Shown here: positions 17,835 through 27,822 of the stretch, piece by piece
Layout of the letters: each line of letters starts with the position of its first letter
Numbering within the stretch: the stretch's first letter is position 1
Assembly: GCA_965203035.1 (NCBI GenBank)
Contig: OZ241858.1
Location: forward strand, 1,600,882-1,664,881
Direction of reading: 5' to 3'
Source: Candidatus Spongiisocius sp.
GTDB lineage: Bacteria > Actinomycetota > Acidimicrobiia > Spongiisociales > Spongiisociaceae
DNA: 64,000 bases
Translations under genes and position numbers: made by a program
Notes under the pieces: model-generated
Database searches by the model: none
What the model saw: only the letters and a program-made list of their open reading frames with translations
Told to the model about the DNA's origin: nothing

Positions 17835-20800
17835 AGGTATACGAGACCCACCGGCTCGACCCGCTTCACGTGCACGTCGTAGAAGTCGCGCACCCGGGCC
17901 GGCTCGCCTGCCAGATCCTCGTCGAACTGGGCGAGCCTTCTGCGCCAGTGCCGGATGTCGGCGTTGAGCTGCCTCGTTTCCTGGGCGTTGAATCCGAAGG
18001 TGAGTTGCTTCTGGTCGCGTTCGTAGCGTTCGAGTTGGGCGACCACTTGGGCACGGTGCCGCTCGAGGGTCTCTCGCAGCGACTGTTCCTCCCGCTCCCC
18101 GCGTTCGGCAAGCCGTTGCTCAGCTATTGCCGCGAATTCCGCCGCCCGAGGCTCCAGTTGCGGACGGAGATCAGCGATGTCTTGGGCGGCGCCAGCGAGC
18201 AGCCTACGGCGGATCACCTGGTCGGGTTCGCGGGCGGGGGAGTCCAGTGACTCGTCAAGGAGCCTCATGGTCCGTTCCCGTGCATCCCGGGCGTAGGCGC
18301 GCAGCGGTCCGGAGCGCCGTTCCGGTTCGCTCCAGCGGGCCGCCACCGGCACGATCTGCTCGTGCAGACGCTCGGCGCCCCGGCCGTACAGTGACAGGCG
18401 CCCGAGCAGGATGACGCGCGGGATCGAGTCCTTCGTCTGGGCGAGGCACGCCCGGGACAGATCGTGATAGATGAACCCCTGGGCGCGGAACCGGGCCAGC
18501 AGCCGCTGCGCCACCCGCTGCTCCAGATGCAGGTGCACGGTCTGATCGTCGAGCCGTCCGGTGTCCTCGAACACGACGGGCCGGAGGGGCGCGTCGCGCC
18601 GCCAGTCGGGGACCTTCTGGTCGATCCGGCGGGGCACGCGCAGGGAATCGAGGGTGGAGGTCCAGCTGGGATCGGTGGCTGCCCGCTGCTCCAGAGCGGG
18701 GAACGTCCACACCCGGTGGCCGTTGTCACCGGCGCTCTCGGCGAGTTCCGAGGCTCCGAGCAGGCGGAGGGAGCAGTTGATGGCCTGGCGGAACGGTTCC
18801 GCCGAGAACCGGACCCAATCCCGTGACTTCGCGAGGAGCGCCCGGCAGCGCTCGACCTGGTCCTTCAAGTCCTCGCGCCGTTCGCGGGCCGCCTCTATCT
18901 CCTCGGCGGCGGCAAGGGTGCTCTCGCCCTCGGGAGACTCCGCCTCGATACGGCGCCTCAGGGCGTCCGCGTCACTGTGACGGATGCCATCCCGGATCAG
19001 GCGTTGCTCCACCGCATCCTCGATCACCTTCGGAAGGCCACCCAGCTCTTTCTTGATGGTCTCGGTCTTGCGGACCAGCACTTCGAGCACCCGATCCTCG
19101 ACCCGCTGCGGCAGCACGAAGTAGTGGCAGGTCACTTCCGCGGCCGGTTGCAGCTTGCGGTCGATGCGACCGTTGCGCTGCTCGATACGGCCCGGATTCC
19201 ACGGCAGGTCGAAATGGAACATGTCCCGGCAGCGGGCCTGCAGGTTGAGTCCCTCACGGGCGGCGTCGGTGGCTATCAGGATTCGCAGGGGCTCGTCGGC
19301 CGGGTCGGCGTTGAAGCGGCGCTGTATCTCGCGCCGGCGCGCCGGTCTGGTTCGCCCGTCGATCACGCCTATCCGCTCGTCGGCCCGGTCGGTGCCGAAG
19401 ATGGCCTGCTCCAGGGTCGACTTCAGATACCGCTTGGTGCCCTGCCGGTTCTCAGTGAAGATCAGCACGCGCCTATCCGTCCATGCCGGCGGGGGACCGG
19501 TGAGCGGTGCACCGAACTCGGGAAGCGCCGGGCACTGGTTGCGGCGTATCCACTCGATCAGCCACCGGGTCTTGGCATCCGGAAGGTGTTTGGTCTCGTC
19601 CGCGATCTCCTGCATGCGTAGTAGGAGAGCCTGCTCACGTTCCCAGGCCGTTGTGTCGGGATGTTCCGACGGACGGGCGGCCGCCGTGATCTCTCTGACC
19701 TGGTCGGTCTCGTCGGCGTCCTCATCCTGCCTGGTCCACTCGGCCCTCTCATCGTCGGCATCAGGTGATTGCACGAAAAGGTGCGTTTGGTCGGGGTCGA
19801 TTTCCGGTCGAGCATCGGTTTCTTGCTGGGCTTCCTTCCACTGACGGAACACGGTGCGGCGATGCACCACGAGGGTGCGGGCGAACGCCTCGATCGAAGA
19901 CAGCAACCGCTGCTGCAAGCCCACCACCATCAACCCGGCGGCATGCCGGACGCGGCTGGACTCTGATAGGAAACGTTGCTCGCGAGCTGTCCGGTACTCG
20001 TCCAAGAGGCGGGAGAGCTGCAACTCGGGGGCGTCATCGGGTAGGCCGGCGATCTCGATCCGCTCGACGTTGCGCTTGGGGAAACCGCCTTGGAGCTCGC
20101 GGATGTCCTCCTTGAGGCGCCGGACCATCACGGGTGCAAGGTCGGTCTTGGGACGGGTCACCTTGACGCCGCGGGTGAATCTGTAAGGATCGAGCAGCTC
20201 CAGCAGAGTGGAGAAGCTGTTGGAGTGGCCGTTGTGTGGCGTGGCCGACAGGAACAGCCGATGCTCGAACCTGTGGGCGAGATCACGCACCGCCCGGGTG
20301 AACTTGGTCTCGATGCCGTACCGGCCGCCCGAGGAAGGAGCGGCGTGGTGGGCCTCGTCGAGGATCAGCAGGCTTCCGGTCCGGTGGTCACCCAGCCACT
20401 CCCGCATGGGGTCCGTGTAGGACGGGTCGATCAGCAGCCGGTGCGAGATCAGGAACCGGCTGTGGGTTCGCCAGGGATTCACACCGAAGCCGCGTTCTCG
20501 CCGCATTTTCGATACGTACCGCCGGTCGAGCACCTCGAACACGAGGCCGAACCGGTCCTCCATCTCCCCCTTCCACTGTTCCAACATCGACGGGGGCGCC
20601 GCCACGACTATGACCTTCACCTTGCGGCGCAGCAACAGCTCGCGGGTAATCAGGCCCGCCTCGATGGTCTTGCCCAGGCCTGTGTCGTCTGCGATCAGCA
20701 AGTTGACACGGGGGAGTAGCAGCGCCTTGCGAAGGGGCTCCATCTGGTAAGCGTCGATAGTGATCCCGGCCCTGAAGGGCGCCTGGAACAGGGTGGGATC

Positions 20801-21061
20801 GGTGGCCGTGGTGCAGTTCCAGCGCAGCGTGTTCAGGAACGCCGCGAACTGGTGCGGCGGATCGAGACCCTTGGCGGCCAGGCCGTCCCATCCCGCATCC
20901 TCGATGATCATGCGGTCCGGTTCGTACTCCCAGAACACATCGAGCGACTGGCCCTGGTTGTCGTCGTCCACACACGCCAGCCGCACCAGCGGCGACTCTC
21001 CGGGGTTGTCCGACCTGGCGACCTCTTCCACAATCCAGCGCCGAGATCGAACCTGGACCAA
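17816..21061 (-). CDS. drmD: DISARM DrmD, SNF2-family helicase (1081 aa)
   Basis: 'LIADDTGLGKTIEAG' (Walker A), 'LLILDEAHHAAP' (DEAH), C-terminal helicase 'VLIFTENRQGTKRYL'. Confidence 0.85.
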   Translation of the reverse strand: MVQVRSRRWIVEEVARSDNPGESPLVRLACVDDDNQGQSLDVFWEYEPDRMIIEDAGWDGLAAKGLDPPHQFAAFLNTLRWNCTTATDPTLFQAPFRAGITIDAYQMEPLRKALLLPRVNLLIADDTGLGKTIEAGLITRELLLRRKVKVIVVAAPPSMLEQWKGEMEDRFGLVFEVLDRRYVSKMRRERGFGVNPWRTHSRFLISHRLLIDPSYTDPMREWLGDHRTGSLLILDEAHHAAPSSGGRYGIETKFTRAVRDLAHRFEHRLFLSATPHNGHSNSFSTLLELLDPYRFTRGVKVTRPKTDLAPVMVRRLKEDIRELQGGFPKRNVERIEIAGLPDDAPELQLSRLLDEYRTAREQRFLSESSRVRHAAGLMVVGLQQRLLSSIEAFARTLVVHRRTVFRQWKEAQQETDARPEIDPDQTHLFVQSPDADDERAEWTRQDEDADETDQVREITAAARPSEHPDTTAWEREQALLLRMQEIADETKHLPDAKTRWLIEWIRRNQCPALPEFGAPLTGPPPAWTDRRVLIFTENRQGTKRYLKSTLEQAIFGTDRADERIGVIDGRTRPARRREIQRRFNADPADEPLRILIATDAAREGLNLQARCRDMFHFDLPWNPGRIEQRNGRIDRKLQPAAEVTCHYFVLPQRVEDRVLEVLVRKTETIKKELGGLPKVIEDAVEQRLIRDGIRHSDADALRRRIEAESPEGESTLAAAEEIEAARERREDLKDQVERCRALLAKSRDWVRFSAEPFRQAINCSLRLLGASELAESAGDNGHRVWTFPALEQRAATDPSWTSTLDSLRVPRRIDQKVPDWRRDAPLRPVVFEDTGRLDDQTVHLHLEQRVAQRLLARFRAQGFIYHDLSRACLAQTKDSIPRVILLGRLSLYGRGAERLHEQIVPVAARWSEPERRSGPLRAYARDARERTMRLLDESLDSPAREPDQVIRRRLLAGAAQDIADLRPQLEPRAAEFAAIAEQRLAERGEREEQSLRETLERHRAQVVAQLERYERDQKQLTFGFNAQETRQLNADIRHWRRRLAQFDEDLAGEPARVRDFYDVHVKRVEPVGLVYLWPETN

Positions 21062-21450
21062 CTCACCGACAGCAGGCGGACCCGCAGGGAGGAGCTCTAT
21101 GGAACACCTCCTCTCGCCGCTAGCTCAGACCGCTCGACATCCTAGACCGGGGGTCCGACATCCTCGATGAGGCACCGTCCAGACCTCAGGCCCCGACAAC
21201 CCTTCGAATGCGGGATCGAATCTGCCAACGAGGCCGAAGGCGAACGGACAGGCACCCGGGATCCCCGACGGTGCCGAAGACGGTCTCAGAGAGAGTCCTC
21301 GGCGTGATGACGATCCCTGAACCGGCGACACCAAGAGTGGGTGCCCGACGCGGTAGCAAGGGCAAGGGGCCGAGATCGCCGAAGGAAAAGCCGTCCGGGA
21401 TGCTCAACTTGTAGCCGACGCCAGGAACATTGAAATGGCCGAGGTGAAGG

Positions 21451-21460
21451 GGGGGGGGCG
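21451..21460. repeat. G10 homopolymer tract
   Basis: 'aaggggggggggcgc' seen directly. ~390 bp upstream of the drmD start, abutting repeat copy 1. Confidence 0.9.
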
Positions 21461-21461
21461 C

Positions 21462-21600
21462 AGGCCCGGCTGCTCCCCGTCCGGAGAGGAGCCGGGCCTA
21501 CTTCCTTGGTCTACTGTCCTCGGCGTCCTCATTATCACCTGTCGGGCCCGGATTTCAACCGCGAACCGGCGACTGATCGGCACCCGAGTCGGAATACGGA
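21462..21600 (+). repeat. structured interspersed repeat, copy 1 (candidate sRNA or MITE-like element)
   Basis: Aligns with 31050-31190 (GCGCAGG(C/T)CCGGC..GCTC..CCGTCCGGAGAGGAGCCGG(G/A)CCTACTTCC..GTCTA.TGTC.TCGGC..TC.TTATCACC..GGGCC.GG.TT.CAACC). Stem GG(C/U)CCGGC pairs with GCCGG(G/A)CC with compensatory changes. Confidence 0.35.
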
Positions 21601-21914
21601 CGGGTGCGCGGATTATTGACCTCCAGGTCCGCGACTTCACGGAGTAGCGCCGCGGTGCGGACCGGTACGAAGGATCGGCTATCGGGGATGATGGCCAAAA
21701 TATTTAGTAAAGTAGCTTGACAAACTAATTAGGACAGGGCGAGAATACGGCCCGGAAGGCGGCCGGAGCCGACCAGCCGAGCGCTGGGTAGCTCTCTGGA
21801 CAAGAGGATGGGAATGACGGCCGGAACCCGTATCCACCGGTACGAGTCGGTTTACCGGGACAGACGGTTCCCGGCGCGGCGGGGCGCCCATCACCGACGC
21901 ATGGGGATCAAGGC

Positions 21915-23111
21915 GTGATCGACGGATCAGGCTCCTGGGCACTCCGCCTGCGCAACGGCCAAGCCGTCTTCGACGAGTTCATGCAGGCTGCGCCGTTCCC
22001 GATCTCACGCGCCACGCTGGCCCGGCGGACCGGCCTGTCGAAGCCGACCGTGTCCGCCCTCGTGTCGGACCTCGAGGACGCCGGCGTGGTGAGCCTCATC
22101 CCTCCACCCGAGACCTCCGAAGGTCGGATCGGGCGCCCTGCGACCCCCTACGCGCTCGTTCCGGACGCCGCCCTAGTCGTCGGCGTTGACATGGGGGCCA
22201 CCAAGATCATCGTGGGTGTGGCCGATCTGCTCGGGAGGGTCCTGGCCGAGGATCGCATCGAGACCGCCACCCACGCCGGGGCCGCGGTGGACACGGTCGT
22301 GGGGACCACGACCCGGCTGCTCGAGACCCTCGGCAGCAAGGCCGACCTCCTGGAGTCCGGCTGCGTGGGGGTTCCCGGCGTGTACCGCCCGCGCCTGGAC
22401 CGGGTGGAGATGTCCCCCAACCTCTCGGGGTTCGCCGATCTCCCGATCCGGGCGGCACTCTCCGAACGGCTCGGAGTGCCGGTCACGATCGAGAACGACG
22501 TGAACCTGGCGGCGGTGGCGGAAGCGGAAGCGATGGACGACCTGGGCGGGCTCGACTTCGTCGCGATCTCGGTCGGCACCGGAATCGGCGCCGGACTGGT
22601 GATGGACGGGAAGCTCTACCGGGGGGGACACGGAGCCGCCGGAGAACTCGGATCGATCGACATCTCGGGAGCCGGCGACAACCGGGCGCTACGGCTCACG
22701 TTGGAGGATGTCGCCTCCGCGCCGGCCATCCGCAGGCGGTTCCGTCAAGCAGTGGATAACGGCCTTACCTCCCGCCTCGAGCGCGATGCCGAGGTCTCGG
22801 AGATCCTCCTAGCGGCCTCTTCGGGTGACGAAGCCGCATCCGAGGCTATCGGCATCGCCGCCGAGGCGATGGCGTCTGCGGTGGCATGGCTGTGCTGGTT
22901 CGGCGATCCGGCCCGGATCGTCTTCGGGGGAGGGGTGGGGTCCAATCCCACCTTCGTCGATGCGGTGCGTTCCAGGCTGGACCGTTACCTCGACGTGACA
23001 CCGGAACTGGTTGCTTCGGCACTGGGCAACCGTGCGGCCTTCATGGGAGCGATCTCCACCGCTCGGGCCTCGGTGAGAACCACCTTCGTGCGGGGCCGGT
23101 TGGGCAGATGA
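21915..23111 (+). CDS. ROK-family transcriptional regulator (NagC/XylR type)
   Basis: N-terminal HTH 'LSKPTVSALVSDLEDAGVV' followed by a ROK sugar-kinase-like domain (glycine-rich 'VGVDMGATKIIVGV'). Confidence 0.8.
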   Translation: MIDGSGSWALRLRNGQAVFDEFMQAAPFPISRATLARRTGLSKPTVSALVSDLEDAGVVSLIPPPETSEGRIGRPATPYALVPDAALVVGVDMGATKIIVGVADLLGRVLAEDRIETATHAGAAVDTVVGTTTRLLETLGSKADLLESGCVGVPGVYRPRLDRVEMSPNLSGFADLPIRAALSERLGVPVTIENDVNLAAVAEAEAMDDLGGLDFVAISVGTGIGAGLVMDGKLYRGGHGAAGELGSIDISGAGDNRALRLTLEDVASAPAIRRRFRQAVDNGLTSRLERDAEVSEILLAASSGDEAASEAIGIAAEAMASAVAWLCWFGDPARIVFGGGVGSNPTFVDAVRSRLDRYLDVTPELVASALGNRAAFMGAISTARASVRTTFVRGRLGR

Positions 23112-24394
23112 GGACGATGGTGAGGTCGCCGGCCGAAGTGATCGCCGCCGCCGTCGACGAGGAGAAACTGGTCGGGTCGGTTCTGGAGGCGGTGCGGATC
23201 CCGAGCGTGACCCCGCACGAGACGGCCTTCGCCGGCTGGGTAAGGGATCAGCTCGGTGATGGGCCGTGGAACAGTGTACGTCTGGTGGAGGCGGAACCGG
23301 GACGGCCCAACGTCTACGCCGAGGCGGGTCGGGCAGGGGGCCGGTCACTGGTGCTGGCGGGCCATCTCGACACCGTTCACGCGGACGACTGGGTGCGGGA
23401 GTGGAGCGGGACCAACCGGGCCGACCCGTTCTCCGGCACCATCGTCGACGGCGAGATATGGGCCCGGGGGGTCACCGACCAGAAGGCGGGAGTCTGCTCG
23501 ATCATCGAGGCCGTACGTGCGGTCGACCGGGCGGGTTACCGGCTGGCCGGCCCGCTCACGGCACTGCTGGTTTGCGACGAGGAGTCCGGCCAGTCCGGCA
23601 GCGGGCTCTCCATAGGAATGCGCGCCGCGGTCTCGCACCTGTTCGACGGCCTGGATGTGGCGCCGGACTTCGCCATCTACACCGAGCCGACCACCGGGGC
23701 CGTCTACACCGCCCAGATGGGATTCCTGATCGCCGACATCACCCTGGCCGGCAGGTCGGCCTACTTCGGGACCCCCGAGTTGGGCGTGGATGCGCTGCGG
23801 GCGGGCCACGCGCTCCTGAGCGAGCTATGGGACCACGACGAGGCCCTGCGTGATGAGCCCGGCCACGACCTGCTGGGCGGACGCTTCCTACTGGTCACCT
23901 CCGTCGAATCCGGCGGCAACATCGCGGTTCCGGGCGAGTTCCGGCTGTCCCTCATCCAGAAGCTGCTGCCGGGCGACGACCTCGACCGCCAGGCCGACGC
24001 ATTGCGGGATGTGGCCGCCAAGGTGGCGGACGATCACGGCGTTTCGGCCCAGGTGGTCTTCTCCGCTCCCCGGGACCACCGGGTGGGAGGCACTCCCGAC
24101 GAGGTCCCGGCGGACCATCCGGGCGTCCGCGCGCTGATGGAGTCGATCGAACACATCACCGGTAGGCGCGCCCGCATCGAGGGCGCTCCCTACTGGTCCG
24201 AGAAGCCGTTGCTCCGGGCGGCCGGGATCCCCGGCGTGTACTTCGCCCCCGGAGACATTGCAACCTGTCACACCCCATTCGAAAGGCTCCCGATCCAGGA
24301 GCTGATCTCCGCGACCCGCACCCTTGCGCACTTTGTGGCGTCCTGGTGCGGGGTGGAGCAAGCAGGGAGAGGGCGGCCGGAGGAGGAACAATGA
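23108..24394 (+). CDS. M20-family metallopeptidase / deacylase (ArgE/DapE-like)
   Basis: 'LAGHLDTVHADDW', 'GVTDQKAGV' and 'CDEESG' metal-binding motifs. ATGA overlap with the ROK stop. Confidence 0.75.
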   Translation: MRTMVRSPAEVIAAAVDEEKLVGSVLEAVRIPSVTPHETAFAGWVRDQLGDGPWNSVRLVEAEPGRPNVYAEAGRAGGRSLVLAGHLDTVHADDWVREWSGTNRADPFSGTIVDGEIWARGVTDQKAGVCSIIEAVRAVDRAGYRLAGPLTALLVCDEESGQSGSGLSIGMRAAVSHLFDGLDVAPDFAIYTEPTTGAVYTAQMGFLIADITLAGRSAYFGTPELGVDALRAGHALLSELWDHDEALRDEPGHDLLGGRFLLVTSVESGGNIAVPGEFRLSLIQKLLPGDDLDRQADALRDVAAKVADDHGVSAQVVFSAPRDHRVGGTPDEVPADHPGVRALMESIEHITGRRARIEGAPYWSEKPLLRAAGIPGVYFAPGDIATCHTPFERLPIQELISATRTLAHFVASWCGVEQAGRGRPEEEQ

Positions 24395-25578
24395 AGACAA
24401 GAACCGAGACGATGCGGCTGCGGATGGTCATCGCCACGATGGTGGTGCTCGGCCTGCTGGCCGCGGCCTGCGGCGGTGACGAGCCTGCCGAGGAAACCAC
24501 CCCGACGACCGTGGCTGCAGCCACCACCCAGGCCCCGGCGACCACTGCGACACCTGAGGCACCTGCGGCGCCGGTGGCGCCTGTGACTCGGGGTCCGGGG
24601 GGTGAGGCTGCTACGCCGTCGGGTGAGATCGTGCTCTCGGCTGGTGAGGCGGCTGAGGTTCAGTCAGGTGGTTATACGGCTGCTTTGTTGTGGCATACGG
24701 CGGGTGCTTTTACTGATGCGGTGAGTCAGGGCGCTCGGGATGCGTTTGCCGAGTTGGGTATCGAGGTGATCGCTGAGACGAACGCCCAGTTCGACGCGGC
24801 CCAGCAGGCGAATGATGTCGAGACGGTGATGGCTCAGAATCCTGACATCATCATCAGCCTGGTGCTGGATCCGGTATCCGGCGCCGAAGCGTTCCGTCCG
24901 GCTGTGGATGCTGGTGTCCAGTTGGTGTTCTTGAGCAACGTGCCCGAGGGGTACGTGCATGGGACCGATTATGTAGGGGTGGTCACCGATGACTTGGCGG
25001 CGATGGGTATTGCGGCCGCCGATCTGCTGGCTGACGCGTTGGGTGGTCAGGGGAAGGTGGGTTTCATCTTCCATGATGCTGCCTATTACGTGACGAACCA
25101 GCGTGATCAGGCGTTCAAGGCGTGGATCGAAGCCGCCTATCCCGGCATCGAGATAGTCGATTCGCAGGGTTTGGCGGATCCGGCGGCTGCCGAGGAGATC
25201 GCCGCGTCGCTGCTCACCCGCAACCCCGACCTCAACGGCATCTATGCCCCCTGGTCAGCTGGTCCTGCTGACGGCGTGCTGGCCGCTCTGCGAGCAGCCG
25301 GCGCATCCGATGTAGCCGTGGTGACCCTTGATCTGGACACGAACGTGTCGTTGGATCTGGTCGAAGGCGGCAACATCGTGGGGATCGCCGCTGACGAGGC
25401 CTATGCCCTGGGCCGGACCATGGCCCTCGAGGGTGCTTACGGCCTTCTTGGCAAGCCGGCGCCGCCGTTCACGGTTGTTCCTGCCATCAAGGTCACCGCC
25501 GATAACATCGTCGACGCCTACCGCCAGTCGCTGGCGACCGACCCGCCGGCCGAAGTCATGCAAGCCCTCGGAGGATAA
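24391..25578 (+). CDS. sugar ABC transporter substrate-binding lipoprotein (PBP type I)
   Basis: Lipoprotein signal '...LLAAAC GGDEP'. Periplasmic-binding fold similar to ribose/xylose binders. ATGA overlap with the upstream gene. Confidence 0.8.
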   Translation: MKTRTETMRLRMVIATMVVLGLLAAACGGDEPAEETTPTTVAAATTQAPATTATPEAPAAPVAPVTRGPGGEAATPSGEIVLSAGEAAEVQSGGYTAALLWHTAGAFTDAVSQGARDAFAELGIEVIAETNAQFDAAQQANDVETVMAQNPDIIISLVLDPVSGAEAFRPAVDAGVQLVFLSNVPEGYVHGTDYVGVVTDDLAAMGIAAADLLADALGGQGKVGFIFHDAAYYVTNQRDQAFKAWIEAAYPGIEIVDSQGLADPAAAEEIAASLLTRNPDLNGIYAPWSAGPADGVLAALRAAGASDVAVVTLDLDTNVSLDLVEGGNIVGIAADEAYALGRTMALEGAYGLLGKPAPPFTVVPAIKVTADNIVDAYRQSLATDPPAEVMQALGG

Positions 25579-25615
25579 GCTGTAGCTGCCAGAGTGTCCG
25601 AAGGAACTGCCGGAA

Positions 25616-26614
25616 GTGAAGGCGGTCCGTAAACCGCGACGAGCCGTGGCCGGCTCGATAAGGATGCGGGCACGCCAGGGCGACGACGGCGGGTTTCGAC
25701 AGTACGTCGTTTACCTGGCCTTCGTCTCGATCCTCGCCGTCTTCGCGCTCTTTCTGTGGGACGACGGGTTTCTCAGCGGATCCAATCTGCTGAACATCGG
25801 CCGGCAGGCGGCGCCCATCGCGGTGATGGCGGTGGGGATGGCCTTCGCCCTGGGATCGGCGGAGATCGACCTGTCCGTCGGGTCCACCGTGGCGCTCTCA
25901 TCGCTGGTGGCCGCGGTGGTGGTGGGCGACCACGGGTTCCTGGCGGGCGCCGTGGCCGCGGTGGCCACCGGAGTCGTGGTCGGCCTGGTCAACGGTTTCA
26001 TCACCGTCAAGATCCGGATCCCCTCATTCCTGGTCACCCTGGGGACGCTGGGCATCATCAGCGGGATCGCCCGGAACATGAACAACCTCCAGTCGATGCC
26101 GATCCGGGACGACACCTTCTCGGCCCTGTTCGGCGCCGGTTCGTTGGGTCCGGTCTCGTCCCTGGTCGTGTGGACGATCATCGTGCTGGTCCTCGGCCAC
26201 TTCGCGCTTCACCACCTGCGCTGGGGCCGCCACGTCCTCGCCACGGGAGCCAACCGGGAGTCGGCGAAGGCATCCGGCCTGAACACCGACCGCATCCGTA
26301 TCAGCGCGCTGGTGGCCAGCGCCACCACCGCCGCCTTCGCGGGGGTGCTGCTGGCCGGGAGGCTGGCCATCGGCCGCCACGACCTCGGCGAGAACGACCT
26401 GCTGACCGTGATCGCGGCGGTCGTCATCGGGGGCACCAGCCTGTTCGGGGGGCGCGCCTCGATCGCCGGGGCGGTGACCGGGGCGGTGATCATGGCGATG
26501 CTCAACAACGGGCTGATCCTGATGGGGCTGGAGGTGGCGGACCAGCTGATCGCCCGTGGCGTGATCATCGTCCTGGCGGTGGCTCTCAGCATGCGAGCAC
26601 CTGAGGAAAGTTGA
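25616..26614 (+). CDS. ABC transporter permease (RbsC/branched sugar type)
   Basis: Multi-TM protein with the conserved 'GGTSLFGGRASIAGAVTGAVIMAMLNNGL' region typical of the family. Confidence 0.8.
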   Translation: MKAVRKPRRAVAGSIRMRARQGDDGGFRQYVVYLAFVSILAVFALFLWDDGFLSGSNLLNIGRQAAPIAVMAVGMAFALGSAEIDLSVGSTVALSSLVAAVVVGDHGFLAGAVAAVATGVVVGLVNGFITVKIRIPSFLVTLGTLGIISGIARNMNNLQSMPIRDDTFSALFGAGSLGPVSSLVVWTIIVLVLGHFALHHLRWGRHVLATGANRESAKASGLNTDRIRISALVASATTAAFAGVLLAGRLAIGRHDLGENDLLTVIAAVVIGGTSLFGGRASIAGAVTGAVIMAMLNNGLILMGLEVADQLIARGVIIVLAVALSMRAPEES

Positions 26615-26620
26615 GCGACC

Positions 26621-27820
26621 ATGTTCCTTAAGAAACTGCTGGCCCGTAACCGACCCTTCGTGGAGTCGGCCATCCGGCTCCACCAGGAGGGGAGCATCCC
26701 CGCCAACAGCTACGTCCTCGATCTGGACACGATCGAGGCCAACACCCGCCACTTCTCGAGCGAGGCCCATCGCCGGGGTCTCACCGTGTACGCGATGAGC
26801 AAGCAACTGGGCCGGGCCGGGGGCGCGCTCGATGCGATAACCCGGGCCGGCGCCGACGGTTACGTGGCCGTCGACATGGCCTGTGCCCGGCCCATCGTGG
26901 CCGGCGGGCACCGGCTGGGCAACCTGGGGCACCTCGTCCAGATGGCGCGGGCGGAGACCAGGGAAGCCGCCGGCATGGCTCCCGATTACTGGACCGTCTT
27001 CTCCCGTCACAAGGCGTCAGAGGCCTCCGGGGCGGTAGCCAGGCTCGGACGCACCCAGGACGTGCTGCTCCGGATATGGAACGAAGGCGACATCTTCTAC
27101 CCCGGTCACGAGGGGGGCTTCCACATCGAAGAGCTATCCGCCGCCATCGCCTTCGTGAACGGATTGGAGGGACTACGTTTCGGCGGTCTCACCACGTTCC
27201 CCGCCCTGCTTTACGACAAGGACTCCCGGAAGGTGGCGCCCACACCCAACGTAGACACCCTCGCCCGGGGCGTGGAGGTGGCTGCCGCCACGCTCGGAGA
27301 CGGCACCCGCATCGAGGTGAACGCTCCCGGTACGACTTCCACGGCGGTCCTCGATCTGCTGGCTGACATCGGGGCCACCCAGGTGGAGCCCGGCCACGGC
27401 CTGACCGGGTCGACGCCGCTGCACGCGGTGGAGGAGCTTCCCGAACAGCCCGCCGCCCTCTACCTAACCGAGGTCGCCCACCTGCATCAGGGCGTCCCGC
27501 TGTGCTTCGGCGGGGGTTTCTACGTGGACCCGGTCTTCGACGCGTACGACACGCGGGCGCTGGTGGCGGCCGACCCCGAGGACGTGTCCACCGAGCCGGT
27601 GCCCCTCGACATGCCCGATCCGGCCGGCATCGACTACTACGCGAGGTTGCATCCGCCAGCCTCCCGCACCGTAGAGGAAGGCGACACGGTGATCTGCGGG
27701 TTCCGTGTCCAGGCCTTCGTGACCCGTGCCTGGGTGGTGGGTGTGACCGGCGCCGGAACCGCCACCCCGGCGGTGGCTGGTGTATGGAACACCCTGGGCG
27801 ACCGGGTACGGGAAGGGTGA
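26621..27820 (+). CDS. alanine-racemase-N-domain (YhfX-like) putative PLP enzyme
   Basis: Size and architecture resemble YhfX/alanine-racemase-fold proteins. Encoded between permease and ATPase genes. Confidence 0.5.
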   Translation: MFLKKLLARNRPFVESAIRLHQEGSIPANSYVLDLDTIEANTRHFSSEAHRRGLTVYAMSKQLGRAGGALDAITRAGADGYVAVDMACARPIVAGGHRLGNLGHLVQMARAETREAAGMAPDYWTVFSRHKASEASGAVARLGRTQDVLLRIWNEGDIFYPGHEGGFHIEELSAAIAFVNGLEGLRFGGLTTFPALLYDKDSRKVAPTPNVDTLARGVEVAAATLGDGTRIEVNAPGTTSTAVLDLLADIGATQVEPGHGLTGSTPLHAVEELPEQPAALYLTEVAHLHQGVPLCFGGGFYVDPVFDAYDTRALVAADPEDVSTEPVPLDMPDPAGIDYYARLHPPASRTVEEGDTVICGFRVQAFVTRAWVVGVTGAGTATPAVAGVWNTLGDRVREG

Positions 27821-27822
27821 CA

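Noticed and set aside
21462-21600. Interpretation of the interspersed repeat as SRP RNA, 6S RNA or a known riboswitch
   Set aside because: Only a short AGGUCCGG resemblance to SRP helix 8. Two same-orientation copies with ~80% identity, and copy 2 is not upstream of any gene. No confident family match, so left as an unclassified structured repeat.
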